Assembly: GCA_964016885.1 (NCBI GenBank)
Contig: OZ024742.1
Location: 139,934,001-139,998,000 of the forward strand
Origin: Eledone cirrhosa
Taxonomy: Eukaryota
DNA: 64,000 bases
Reading direction: 5' to 3'
Notes under the pieces: model-generated
Seen by the model: the letters and a program-made list of their open reading frames with translations, nothing else
Database searches by the model: none
Told to the model about the DNA's origin: nothing
Position numbers and translations under genes: made by a program
Shown here: positions 37,298-49,838 of the stretch, one piece after another
Layout: every line of letters begins with the position of its first letter
How positions within the stretch are numbered: position 1 is the stretch's first letter

Positions 37298-38735
37298 GTA
37301 TGTCACTTTTCTTATTCTCTACACACTTAATCCTTTTGTGACCATATTCTTTCTTAGAGCCCCCCTTACTGTTGCCTCTTTTAACCTCCATTTCCTGGTT
37401 GATATTTCCTCCCATCTTTCAACGTCAGGTCTCAAACAACTAGATGATGCTGTGCCCCTCCACCCCCACCCCCACCGCACGCACACACCGAGTACCTTTG
37501 TATCATGATGGTTCCCCCTATCTTACCCACACACCAGGTAGTCAACAGTTAATGACAACCTATTCGAGGTTTTCTTTCTGGAGTTGGGAGTTTACAGATT
37601 GACATCTCAGCTCCATCAGCAAACTCCAAAGTCTTTTCACCTTCATTCTTCACACCATAACTGTAGCTTTCATGGACTGCTTTAAAATCACCTCCTATTC
37701 TTTTCCACATGTCCGTCTAAATTTGGTCTTTCTCTTTGGTAGACCTGCCTGAGATGATGTTCACCAACAACTTTCTTGTCACCAGTTTCACCACCATCAA
37801 TCATTCATTCACTCTAATCACATTCACCACACTGGCTTCAAACTCAAGACACAAACACCATACGCACCTTCTAAACACCCTTGTCACACAAACTTGCACT
37901 TCTGTCTTTGTCTTCGCCCCATTCATACATCATTTCTCTTCTATCTCTCCTGCACACTGCAACATATGTTCACTCTTCTAATTGATGCTTCTATACTATC
38001 TCCCAAACCTCATATACCAGTCTCTACAAGGAACATCGGGCACTTGGCCATTATAAATGAGCAACTCCTCCTTTGTTTTGGCCAGGTACTCCACATTGCG
38101 TTTATAACCTCATGATAAGTATAACATATGAACAGGATTGTATCCTGTTCATATGTTATACTTATCATGGGGTAATTTTTGAGGCATTGTTTTATAGCCT
38201 GATGCCCTCCCTTATGCCAACTCTTACAACATGCAGTGATATAGTGTATCCATTCTCAACTGGATACACACAGTATGAAATGGAAAAGCTGTCATCTCAA
38301 ATATACTTTCACAACAAAATAATAAAGAACTTGGAGGGATTTAGTAATGTATCTAATTTTCTCATTATTAAACTGGTGTTTGGAACAGTTGCTCTACAAT
38401 TCATAGTAAAGTTGTTAAACTCGGTTCCCCTAAAACCAGCAAGAGTCTCTCTTAAAATCCTGTAATGATTTAGCAGCAAATGTCTAAAATATGTATTTGT
38501 TAATTTAAATATTTATATTTTCTTCACTAGTGGACAGATCATTGTGTAAATGTGCAGTGTTAAACTAAAGACTTCAATTTTTAATGTGACACAATTCTAT
38601 TGCTGTTTTGTACTTTTCGTGAATGTCTTGCTAATGCAGTTTCATGTTGTACAGATTATTAAGTGTTAAATGTGAGATCTGTAGTCTTATTGGTTTTGAA
38701 AATAATGTAGAATTTTTGTCTGAATTCATTTCCAG

Positions 38736-39244
38736 ATTGGTGACATTATTGATGGCAGGGACCCAACAATGGGAGCTTGGTTTGAAGCCAAAATTCTTAA
38801 AATAACTTCAAAAGCTTCTTGTACAAATACCCGAAAGCGTAGTGACTCTACTACCACCCCTTTGCAAGAGGTGGTCAATTCTGATAATAAAAATGAATAT
38901 AGCAGGGATAGAGTTGAGAGTTGTATAAAAGATATTGGCAGGATAGATACAGAAAATAGATTGGATCCACGAATTGGCAATGAAGAGCGCCTTACTTCTA
39001 CAGGTTTGCCCCTTGAAAATGCTGATAAAAACAAACAGATTCATTCAAATTCCATAGATGGTAAGCTGTCTGAAAAAGGTACCATTGTTGATGAAAATGG
39101 TAACCACTGTGACAGTTTACCCATAACAGACACACAATCAGAGACTGACAGGTTTAAACTCGCTGAGACCCAGTGGAAAGAAAAACTGTTGAACGATGTT
39201 TCCAAAACTACAGATGGATTTATTTATTCCATTGTTTTTGATGG
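38736..39244 (+). CDS. UHRF1: UHRF1 exon: tandem Tudor N-lobe with large insertion
   Basis: cag|ATT...GATGG|gtgagt, phase 0/2; IGDIIDGRDPTMGAWFEAKI...FIYSIVFDG. Confidence 0.92.
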
Positions 39245-40948
39245 GTGAGTATCATTTAAAATGCTTTTAATAAATTAGTTTTTGGTGATGAAGGGAGGAA
39301 GGAAAAAAATAAAATTTTACTACACCTAACACCCATGTAGGATTAGCTGGTTTCCTATGAAGTTACAATCTATAAGTTTTTATGTGCTAATGACTTCCTA
39401 TCATAAAAAACAATGTGAAATGAGGCATTTTGCTCAAGAGCACAATATGCAGGAATTGAACTCATGACCTTGTGATTGTGAGTCCAGGGAGGAAAATGAA
39501 GAAAAAAAATGGTTGTACTAATACTAATCTGTAGGATTTATTTATTTATTTTGGGATTTTGTAACAAAGGAACAAATTCTTTTTTTTTTAGTAGAGAAGG
39601 CATGTAGCCTTGTGGCTAAGGTGTTTGACTCACAGTCAGTCATGTGTTTGATTATTAGACTGAGCAGTATTTTGTGTCTTTGAGCAAGACACTTTATTTC
39701 ACATTGCTCCGGTCTATTCAGCTGAAATAAAAGTACCAGCAGCAGCAGTCACGGACTGGGGTCCCTTCATTTTAAAACATCTGAGAAACCTCCTATGGGA
39801 AGCAACCCCATAGGCGGCCAGCTAAACATATGAAGATGTGAGCTGTAGTAATAACAACAACAACAAAAGAAATAGAAAGTGTTGTGGTATTAATTTTTAA
39901 TTTACTGTACTGTTGCAGTGAATTGTTAGAGCACAGAATTAAATGCTGTGTGGTATTTGTTCCAGCTCTTTGTTCAAATCCTAACAGGATCAATTTTGCT
40001 TTTCTATTTTCTTGGTGTTGATAAATAAGGGACCACCCTAGGATGTCTTTTTGAAAAAATGGTGACATCATAAAACTGGGATCCATATTGTTAATCTACT
40101 TTAGAAATCTCTGAGATGCCACTGCATAGGAAGTCAGCTAAACCTGTGCAACTGTGAGCCATAACAATTACATAAAATATTAAATGTGTAACATTAGTGT
40201 GCATGAAGTACAGCAGAGTTGAAAGAAAACTTCAGCGTAAGAGGATTTGGATGTAACATGCAAGAGAGAGAGTTGCACTGATAGATATATAATGTGTATG
40301 GATGATGATCATTGGGTGAAAAAGTGCCAGGAATTACATGTGGAAGGGAGCCATGGAAGAGAAGACATGTGGAGTGGTGGTATATGCTGATCTCAGGATG
40401 CTGGACCTCACGAAGGAGATGAAGTGGAGAGATACTATACTAGATTAGACTCATCTAACTTATGAAAGTATGGAAAAAGAGATGTAAAAGTGATGATAAC
40501 CACGAACCTGTGGCATTCTTTGGTTTTAACATTTATTTAATCAAGTTTATTTGAAAATATAAAATTTTTCTAATGAACTACAGCTAAATCTGTCTTCTCC
40601 TTTAATTGTCCCTAATCATTGTTGTCTATTATAAATTCATTTTTCTAAGCTGGTATAATAAGTTGGATAGGTTTGGATCTTTTGTTACCATATTTTTAAT
40701 GCTTCAAATAATTTTGAAAATAATCAAGAAAATTAAGATTTAGTAATATAACTAACTCTTTAATTATTAAGCTAGTGTTTAAAACATAATTTACTCTTTT
40801 TGTCAACACATTTCACATGAAATACTCAGCTCATATCTTTCAATTAATTTTGAAGATAATAAATTGGAAGAATTTAGTAAAATATATAACATTTATATTA
40901 GTAAGCTGGTGTTTGAAACAATGCTTACAGACATTTCTCAAATAGAAT

Positions 40949-41290
40949 GGAGGCACATGGCTTAGTGGTTAGAGCATTGGCCTTGAAATCGAAAGGTTGT
41001 GAGTTCAATTCTCGACTGGGTGATGTGTTGTTTCCTTGAGCAAGACACTTTATTTCACATTGCTCCAGTTTACTCAGCTGTAAAAATAAGATGAAAGGGA
41101 CTGGGGTCCATATCATTCCACTGCAAAGTGGTCGTGGAGGTGCCACAGCAAAAAAGCACCCAGCACTCACTGTAAATGAGGTTGGTGTTAGGAAGGGCAT
41201 CCAGCTGTAGAAATCAAGCCAGAATCAGTTCCCGTCCCACCCTTGCAAGCAGGGAAAGCGGACGTAAAATGAAATGATGAATGATGATGA
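40949..41290 (+). mobile_element. tRNA-derived SINE (family 1, CORE-like centre) with RTE-B-type 3' tail
   Basis: A-box TGGCTTAGTGG, B-box GAGTTCAATTC, CCTTGAGCAAGACACTT centre, 3' CCCGTCCCACCCTTGCAAGCAGGGAAAG...(ATG)n. Confidence 0.88.
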
Positions 41291-42746
41291 ATTACGATAG
41301 AATATTTTAAAGTATGCAGTTACGTATTATAGGGCCAGGAGCAATTGTATGTGGGATTGTATCAAAAGGATTAACAAGAGTTTGTTATATTAAATAATAA
41401 TGAAAGTTTGTAGGTAAATTTAAACAATTTACAATACAATAACCAGCTTTGTATCACCAAATCATGGACAATTACAATTGGTTTGGCATCAAAAGGGTTA
41501 GTGCACCTACTGGTGTTTTGCTTGCAGTATTTTATGATGTTTGGCTGGAGCTTTTACTATTTGCATGCCTTAACTGATATAAATTGGTGTAGTGTGTGTG
41601 TGATGTTGTATTTATATTTAGCTTACAGCTTGCCATACTTGAAAGCACACAACTTAATGGATAGGGTGTTGAGCTCTCAATTGTAGTCATTTTGATTCTT
41701 GGACTGGAAATTTGGCATGGTTTCTACAACTGAATGCCCTTCCTATCACCAACAACCTTTCAGAGTATACTGGGTGCATTTTCATGCTACCACCACTAGA
41801 GAGGTTATATCATGGCTTGGTTTCTATTGCTGGATGCATTTTATGGCATCAGCACTAGGGTGGATGTTGGTCATAGACTTGACTGAAGCACCTCTCTCTG
41901 CTTCATGAAAGGGTTAGGGTGGGAATAGGATGGGGTAGGTAAGAAGGATAAAAATGACATCATGGTTAAGTGACAAGAGGTTGGCAGGAGTGACAAGTTT
42001 GATGTTGGAGTTCAAGTAGTGATGTGGGGAAGAGAAGGAGCGAAGAGAGAAAGTGGTATGTAAAGTAGGTGCAATGGTGTTTGACAGGGTAATATAGGGG
42101 TGGAGAGGGGTTGAAGCAATCCTCGCTAAAGTGGAAGGCTGTATAGTAGTGATGGGAGTAGATTCTAAAGATCAATGGTAGGGTTGCTGCCATGATAAAG
42201 TGCTCCCAGCCCACCTTGTAAAGTCGTTGGGATTAGGAAGGGCATCCAGCCATAGAAACCATGCCAAGAATAAAATGTATGAGCTAGATATAGTCACTTG
42301 ACTGGTCTAGCCTCAGAATGTGACAACCCACTTAACCCATACCAGCATTGAAAATAGACATTAAGTGATGTTAATGATGATGGTGATGATTTACACTCTT
42401 CATAATAGTAAACAGGTAAAAACCATTACAAAGGAAGTGTTAATGAATGAACAGTGCAACGTTGGTTTGAAAAATTCTGTTCTATTTTATATTCTAAATA
42501 TATATTTAGCTTCATCATCGTTTAACGTCCATCTTCCACGCTAGCATGGGTTAGACGGGTTTGTCCCACTTAGAGGCAAGTTGGGTTGGGTGACTGTGTC
42601 TTGCTCATATATAGGACTTTCTGGCTGGTTTTCTGAGGCTGGATGCCCTTCCTAGTGCCAACCACATTTACAGTGTGTGCTGGCTGCTTTTTGTTGTGAC
42701 ACCTACACAACCACTTTACAGTGCAGGCTGGGAGTTTTGTGGAACC

Positions 42747-42747
<1 letters not shown>

Positions 42748-42822
<75 letters not shown>
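42748..42822. repeat. (CA)n microsatellite
   Basis: Long CA run. Confidence 0.98.
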
Positions 42823-42824
<2 letters not shown>

Positions 42825-43223
42825 GATGGCCTTCTTAACGCCAACCTTATTTACAGTGGGTACTGGGTGCTTTTTGCTGTGAAACCAACCTGACCACTTT
42901 ACAGTGTTGGCTGGGCACTTTTTGCCATGTTACCATCATAGCCACTTTACAGCATGATGGGGATGGGTCACTGGATGCATTTACTTTGACCTGTTCTCAT
43001 GGGTTGTATGGGAGGGTGGGTTGGGGCATACTGTATCTGAAAAACCAGACTACCTCTAGATCCATATTGTTAAATAAATGTTTTGATACTTGTATATACT
43101 TTATTCAGATTGTAAATAGTTTTCATTGTATTCTATTATTTCTGTAAGCAATATAATATTATTTGGTGTACATTATATCCAGTGGTAGTTTTCTGCATTA
43201 AAAACATTCTGATATATTTTCAG

Positions 43224-43439
43224 CTATGAAGAAGATGAACCAGTTGAGTTGGACAGCAATCAAATTCGACCTCGGGCTCGCCACATAATTAAGTTCAAAG
43301 ATATAACAGTCGGCCAGAAAGTAATGACAAATTATAACTATGATTCCCCTGAACAACGAGGCTATTGGTATGATTGCATCATCACATCTAAAAGGGATAC
43401 TCGTACTATAAAGGAACTCCATGGTACTGCCTTTATTGG
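43224..43439 (+). CDS. UHRF1: UHRF1 exon: tandem Tudor domain
   Basis: cag|CTATGAA...ATTGG|gtaag, phase 2/2; YEEDEPV...IRPRAR...VGQKVMTNYNYDSPEQRGYWYD. Confidence 0.95.
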
Positions 43440-45379
43440 GTAAGAATATACCTTATTTTCAGTTACAGAATTATATTTTACATACACATTTATATATATA
43501 TTCCCACAAAATGGCAGTCATTAGAATGTCGGATAGAATGCTTTGAAGTATTCGTTTCGGCTGTCTGCTGAATTAAAATATTGCCGAGGTCAACTTTGTC
43601 TTTCATCCATTCAAGGTCGATGAACAAAAAAAAAAAGAATACCTGTCACGTACTGGGGTCTATTCTTTCTTTATATCTCTTTCTCACTTCTATTCTCTCA
43701 CTGTCTAAAAAATTTGCCGTATTTAGACCTGGAGAAGATTGCACTCCGCCAGGTTTGAAAATGCCCTTGAAAGCCGTATGTCAGTACTGTGCCCCTACGA
43801 TTCCCTCAAGAGTTACAAGACCATGGATATATACATTTCAATTCCACTGTCTGGCATTTTGGACAACTATCATTTACCATAGCCTCAGGTTGATCCAAGG
43901 TTTGTAAATGAAATTGGGCAGACGAAAACTGTTTGGAAGTTTGTTCAGAGATGTAACTAGGGTATGGCAAGCATGGCATGTGCCATGGGCGGCACATGAA
44001 CTAGTCACACTCTTTTTTATTAAAGTTAGATAAGCTATTGTCAGAGAGTGAAAAAAAAAAAAAACCTTTTCAGATGTATGATCTGTCTTTGATTATCATG
44101 GGTAAGAAGCACTATGGTGGCTGGATCATTAAATCATTAATGATTATCTGAAAGATGGGTATCAGATGTTTGAGCAGGGGGAAAATCTCCCTGCTTGCCA
44201 TAGGCACTATTTTCTCTAAGTTTCACCTCTGAGCTCGTAGGATGGACTGTACCTATAATTCAAAGAACCACCTTTGTCACTGTCTGTCCCACTGAATCTT
44301 CCTTAGTTACCTTAAGGGCACACATAACTGGGAATGCTCAGAGACTTAGACATTCTTCTTTTAATTGAACAACTGGAACACTCATCATTGAAACCGACAG
44401 AAGATATCCATTCTATCCAAACCATGCCAACATGGAAAAACACATTAAATTGATGATGATATATATGTCATCATTTTATATCTGCTTTTCTATGCTGGAA
44501 TTGGTTGGACAGTTCGTTACAGACCAAATCAGAGCTACTGCCCTCCTAGATATGTTGATGAGGCATGTGTCATTCAATACTTTCTTTTTATGGCAGGGTT
44601 TTTACCATTAGATGCTCTTCTTAATACAAACCACATTTCACAGTGTACTGGATGTATTTTATTGTGGAACCAGTGCTACTAGGGAGGTTGTCATTTTTTA
44701 AATGACACAAGAGTCTCTCCTACATTTATTTGATTATGATTTCTATGACCGGATGCTCCACTTAACAGCAACCACTTTACAGAGTGTATTGGGTGCATTC
44801 TATCGTGGCACCAACACTTGTGAGGTTGTGTTCTCTGTACCATTTACCGTAAAAGACATTTTAACTACATACATGAATCTTTAATTTTTTTTATAACAAC
44901 CTGCCCAAAACTCCCTCTGCTTCTAAGAAAAAGAACCACTCATTTTAAACGTTTCCTATTTAAATTAAATTCTTCCAGCTTAACTTGAACTTTTTTTAAA
45001 TTATGTTACAAATAATATTGTGATAATGAAATAATTAATAATTGCAGTACATCCCTTCAATTGAAAGAGTTTAGGATAGTATATCCTCTCTAATTTTTTC
45101 ATATTGATTTGAAATTTAAGCACAAGGCCAGGAAATTTGGCAGAAGGACAAAGTTAATTAAATCAACTGTAGAATTTAAATAGTACTTTATTTTCTTTTC
45201 CCCAAAATGATGAAAGGCAAAGTTGACCTCGATGGGATTTGAACTCAGAATGTAAAGAGCTAGACCAAATACTGCAATTGTATTTTATCTGACACTCTAC
45301 CAATCCACCACCCTTACCTTTTTAATTGCTCCATATTATTAAGTAAATGTATTGATTTGTTCTCATCTCATTGTTTCAG

Positions 45380-45507
45380 AGTAGATCTGACACCTTTAGA
45401 GAACTGCCATCTTCTTTTCCGTGATGAGGTTTTTGTTGTTGAGTCTCCTGGCTCTCAGATAAACGAGACTGATTTACAAAATAATCCAGAAGCTTCCCCA
45501 GCGAAAC
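45380..45507 (+). CDS. UHRF1: UHRF1 exon: end of TTD and TTD-PHD linker
   Basis: cag|AGTAGAT...AAAC|gtttgt, phase 2/1; VDLTPLENCHLLFRDEVFVVESPG. Confidence 0.88.
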
Positions 45508-45594
45508 GTTTGTATTTTTTTTTTTTTTAACATTTTCAATCAACCTTTTCATTCAGTTTAGTGTCTGAATTTTTCTTCCCTTATTTTCCACTCC

Positions 45595-46030
45595 TCATGA
45601 AGGTAGATTGCATATTCTTGCATGGGAAGTCCAATATTGCATGGCAGTGAGATATGGGTGGTAAATGCAGAGGATATATGGAAACCGGAAAGAAATGAAA
45701 TGAGCAACATACTCTATTAGATGTGTAATGTTAGTGTGCATGAATAGTGAGGTGTGAATGAATTGAGAGAAAAGCTGGGTATAAGAAGAATCAGATGTTG
45801 TGTGCAAGAGAGAAGATTGTGCTGGTTTGGACATGCAATGCATATGGATGGTGAACATTGACTGAAGAAGTGCTAAGTGATGCCAGTGAAAGGGAACTGC
45901 AGTAAAAGAAGACTGAGAAAGACCGTGGCAGAGGTGGTTAGAGCTGATCTCAAAACACTGAACCTCACAAAAGAGATGAAGGAATGTTGCAAGTGGAGAG
46001 AGGCTGTGCTGGGAAAGAAACCATCCAATC
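45595..46030 (+). mobile_element. Old degenerate RTE 3' fragment
   Basis: Decayed LREKLGIRRIRCCVQERRLCWFGH...KRRLRKT..EVV..DL; similar relics at ~40200-40500, ~56920-57210 and ~62230-62490. Confidence 0.7.
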
Positions 46031-46381
46031 CATCATCATCATTTCATCATCATTTCATTTTACGTTAGCTTTTTCCCTGCTTGCAAGGGTGGGACGGGAA
46101 CTGATTCTGGCTTGATTTCTACAGCTGAATGCCCTTCCTAACACCAACCTCATTTACAGTGAGTGCTGGGTGCTTTTTTGCCGTGACACCTCCACGACCA
46201 CTTTGTAGTGGAATGATATGGACCCCAGTCCCTATCATCTCATTTCTACAGCTGAGTAAACTGCAGCAATGTGAAATAAAGTGTCTTGCTCAAGGAAACA
46301 ACACATCACCCGGTCTGAGAATTGAACTCACAACCTTTCGATTGCAAGGCCAATGCTCTAACCACTAAGCCATGTGCCTCC
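46031..46381 (-). mobile_element. tRNA-derived SINE (family 1), inverted near-identical copy of 40949-41290
   Basis: Reverse complement aligns end-to-end with 40949-41290 with few substitutions. Confidence 0.88.
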
Positions 46382-46785
46382 ATGCAAGCATGAAAAAGGT
46401 TAGTACTAGGGCAGGGATCCAGCTGCAAAAAACATTGCCTCAAAAAGAGCCCCATGGTGAGTATGAAGTCTATCATGAGGCTCCACCAGGCTAACCCCAG
46501 GTCTAGTAGGGGAAATGGCCTTTATATATGCTTGTTGCATTTTATATTGGATATTCTTGTGAATAGGTACAGCATATCTTTGCATGTCATATGAGGTGAT
46601 TAAAAGAGTTGGGACCAAAAAAAGTCATCTAACTGTAAAACATTGCCTTAAAAAGCGTGAGATAAAAAATGAAGTGTATCATGCAGCCCACAAGGCTAAA
46701 CCCTGGGAAAATGACCTTAAAACATTTTTGTTTGTTATTTTCCATTTATCTATCTTTTAAATCATTTTTATTTTTGGTCTTTCAG

Positions 46786-46972
46786 GATTAAACAAACCTG
46801 AATGTGATTATTGCAATGACAACCCACGCCGAAAATGTCGGCATTGTGCCTGCAGTGTGTGTGGTGGCAAGAATAATCCTGAAAAACAGATCCTTTGTGA
46901 TGAGTGTGATCTGGCATACCATATAGATTGCTTAAAACCACCATTAGAAAAGATACCTGATGATGATGAATG
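46786..46972 (+). CDS. UHRF1: UHRF1 exon: pre-PHD and PHD finger
   Basis: cag|GATTA...GAATG|gttagt, phase 1/2; PECDYCNDNPRRKCRHCACSVCGGKNNPEKQILCDECDLAYHIDCLKPPLEKIPDDDEW. Confidence 0.96.
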
Positions 46973-47609
46973 GTTAGTATTATTTTTTTAATTTTCTGTT
47001 AATATTTTTTGTAAAATAACTTTTATTTTTCACTGTTCTGTCAAAGAAGTAAGACACTTCCAAGACTGTTGGAAGGGAAGGAGGAAAGTATCTTCAAACT
47101 GGAGACCTAGTCCAAATACATGTGGATTCAGCTAAATATACTTGAAGGCCAGGTGATGGGTTATGTCTGTTATCCAAGTAGGCCATCATCATCATCGTTT
47201 AACTTCCATTTTCCACGCTAGCATGGGTAGACCACATGATTTGAACTCAAAACACAAAGAGCCAAAAGAAATACGGCAAAACATTTTGTCTTACACTCTA
47301 ACAATTCTGTCAATCCACCATCCTGAACTGGTATTTCTGCTGCATTTGAGACTTCTGCTGTTCTGGGTTCCCAAACCACCTCCCTATTTGCTGCTATCAG
47401 GACGGTGTTGGCCACATGCAGGAGTGAGCTCTGTGAGTTGGAATTGCTATTTCACTAGCCTCCATGATAATGCTTTCTCTATTCTGTCTGTTGGGACCAT
47501 GATGTGGCATGCTCCTGGGGTTCTATGTATCATCATCATCACTGTTTTATGTCCATTTTTCCATGCTAGCATGAGTTAGACGAAAGATTAATAGGACACC
47601 CTACTTATA

Positions 47610-47681
47610 TCTCCCGACTAGGATTGAACCCCAGACCAGGATCTTCACCATAGCTAATACTTACGACTAGGCCACCGAGAC
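47610..47681 (-). other. tRNA-like relic or isolated SINE head
   Basis: GTCTCGGTGGCCTAGTCGTAAG...CTGGGGTTCAATCCTAGTCGGGAGA: A/B boxes, acceptor and T stems pair, anticodon arm does not. Confidence 0.4.
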
Positions 47682-47801
47682 AGCTTCATATACACACACA
47701 CCTATGAGAATGATAAGTAGTGATTGCTAGAAATTAAAAACTGATAAAAGGGATAATATTTAAACTATACTTAGCTTGAAAGGATGAAATCTTCATTACA
47801 G

Positions 47802-47925
47802 GTACTGTCCAGAGTGTAAGGTTGATGATGGAATTGTTGTTAAAGCAGGAGAACGACTGAAAGAAAGCAAGAAAAGAGCGAAAATGCCTTCAGCAAAAAA
47901 CACCAGCACAAGAGATTGGGGAAAA
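47802..47925 (+). CDS. UHRF1: UHRF1 exon: end of PHD and pre-SRA linker
   Basis: cag|GTACTGT...GGAAAA|gtaagt, phase 2/0; YCPECK...[18 protein letters not shown]...RDWGK. Confidence 0.96.
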
Positions 47926-48434
47926 GTAAGTACATATGCAGAAGTTTTCAACATTAAAAAGAAATGGGGTGGTGGGTCACTTTCAATCAGTATTGGGGTA
48001 TATTGTTTCAATAATTGGGAATCCTTGACCATCATCATTTAATGTTTGTTTTCCCTGGTTGGATGAGTCAGTATTCAAGCAAAGCTACTGACCTCCCGGA
48101 TGGACCTAGGGCCTGCATCTTAGTTACATACTTCCTGTCTTCTACTTGGTCCATTTCGTCATGATACAAACATTAGGAAGGCTGTCATGTCTTTGATAGG
48201 ACTGAATAGCCCTCCTGGTCCTTTGTTTGGTAGGTTTTCTATAGCTGGATGCCATTCCTATCACCAACCACTTTACAGAGTGTACTGTGTGCATTTACCA
48301 TGTAGAACACCAACACTAGGGAGGGTGTCATGTCTTTTACACAACTAAACATTTCTCTAAAATAAATGAAAAATGTCTTATTTGATTCACTGGATTCATT
48401 GTTTGTGTATGCATATAATCCTATTTTTTAGAAT

Positions 48435-48526
48435 AGGTATGCTGTATCCCTCTCCTTTCTAGTGATTGTGCCACTACAAAAGGTATGCTGTATCCCTCTC
48501 CTTTCTAGTGATTGTGCCACTATAAA
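48435..48526. repeat. 46-bp tandem duplication
   Basis: AGGTATGCTGTATCCCTCTCCTTTCTAGTGATTGTGCCACTAYAAA x2. Confidence 0.9.
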
Positions 48527-49730
48527 AGGTATTCAGTATACATAAAGGTGGCATTCAACTGGTAACAACAGAGGGCAAAGAGATTCCTTCAGTCATATCA
48601 ATGATCTGAAAACCTCCCTAATCCTGGTGCCACAATAATAGGTACCCTGTACCCTCTGTAAATTGGTTGGTGTAAGGAAAAACATCTCACCATAGAAACC
48701 ATGCCAAAAGGGGTTAAGAGGTCTCCAGTTGTGTCAAGGACACAACACCCGCCCTAGTGCTGGTGCCATGATAAAATGTATCTAGCTGCAGAAACCATAC
48801 TAAAACAGGAATGGCCTGTTGAACAGATTCAGTACTGAATTGGCTTGTAATGATGAGATTTTGTTAATTTGTCAATGGATGCAGGATATATTTTTTTTTG
48901 TTTTAGATTTATTCACAATTAATTTGGATCTCTGAACAATTAAGTACTACTAATATATTGCTAACCTTAAACTAAGGTTTAGCTGACTTTCTATGAGATT
49001 GTATTTCATAAGGTTATTGAGTGTTTTAATTATAGGGACCTCAATACTATCATGCTAAGCAATGTAAAATGGAGTATCTTTCTAAAGAACAAAATGCACC
49101 ACCCGGTCCCGGAATCAAATCCAGAACCTTATGATTGTATGTCCAACATTTTAACTACTAGACCACACACCTTCAGATTAAGTATCAATAATATACTAGT
49201 CTTGCTTATATTGACAAAATAGACTTGAAGCCCAGAAAATATTATTAACTTTATTGTTATTATTTGGGTGCCAGATTGGCAGAGTTTTTAACGCTTAACA
49301 GTATTTGTTCTGGCTCTTTACGTTCTGAGTTCAAATACTGGCAAGTTCAACTTTGTCTTTCATTCTTTCTGGGGTTTGATAAAATAAAGTACCTGTCAAG
49401 TATTGGGGTCGATATAATTGGCTTGCGTCTAAGTTAGAAACCAGTAATGCACTGGGATAATTGTTGGCCTTGTGCCAAAAGTAGAAACAATTGTTATCAT
49501 TATTAGGATGGCAATGTCATTAGTGTTGGACAAATGCTTAAATTTTCCCAAAATTACTGACCTTGTGCCTAAATCAAAAACCCTTTGCATTTCATCCTTA
49601 TGGGGTCGATAAAATAAAGTACCAATAATGTACTGGGGTCGATTTAATCAACTTTCCCCTCCCTCAAAATTGTTGGCCTTGTGCCTAAATCAGATACCAT
49701 TATTATTATTATCATATGTGTAATTTATAG

Positions 49731-49838
49731 GGAATGGCATGTGTTGGTCGACAGAAAGAATGCACGCTGGTTCCTCCAGATCATTTTGGTGTTATTCCTA
49801 GTGTACCCGTTGGAACAATGTGGAAATTCAGAGTTCAG
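49731..49838 (+). CDS. UHRF1: UHRF1 exon: start of SRA domain
   Basis: tag|GGAATG...GTTCAG|gtaatt, phase 0/0; [36 protein letters not shown]. Confidence 0.96.

Noticed and set aside
40949-41025. tRNA gene
   Set aside because: A/B boxes belong to a SINE head that continues into a SINE body and LINE-type tail; multiple copies.
47120-47140. ATGTGGATTCAG (MWIQ) as the UHRF1 start
   Set aside because: Lies in the intron between the two PHD exons and does not continue as UBL sequence.
46786-47925. Idea that the RTE PHD was captured from this UHRF1 PHD
   Set aside because: Spacing and sequence differ (CDECDLAYH vs CPKCKVWVH), and the UHRF1 PHD is intron-split; co-location is probably coincidental.
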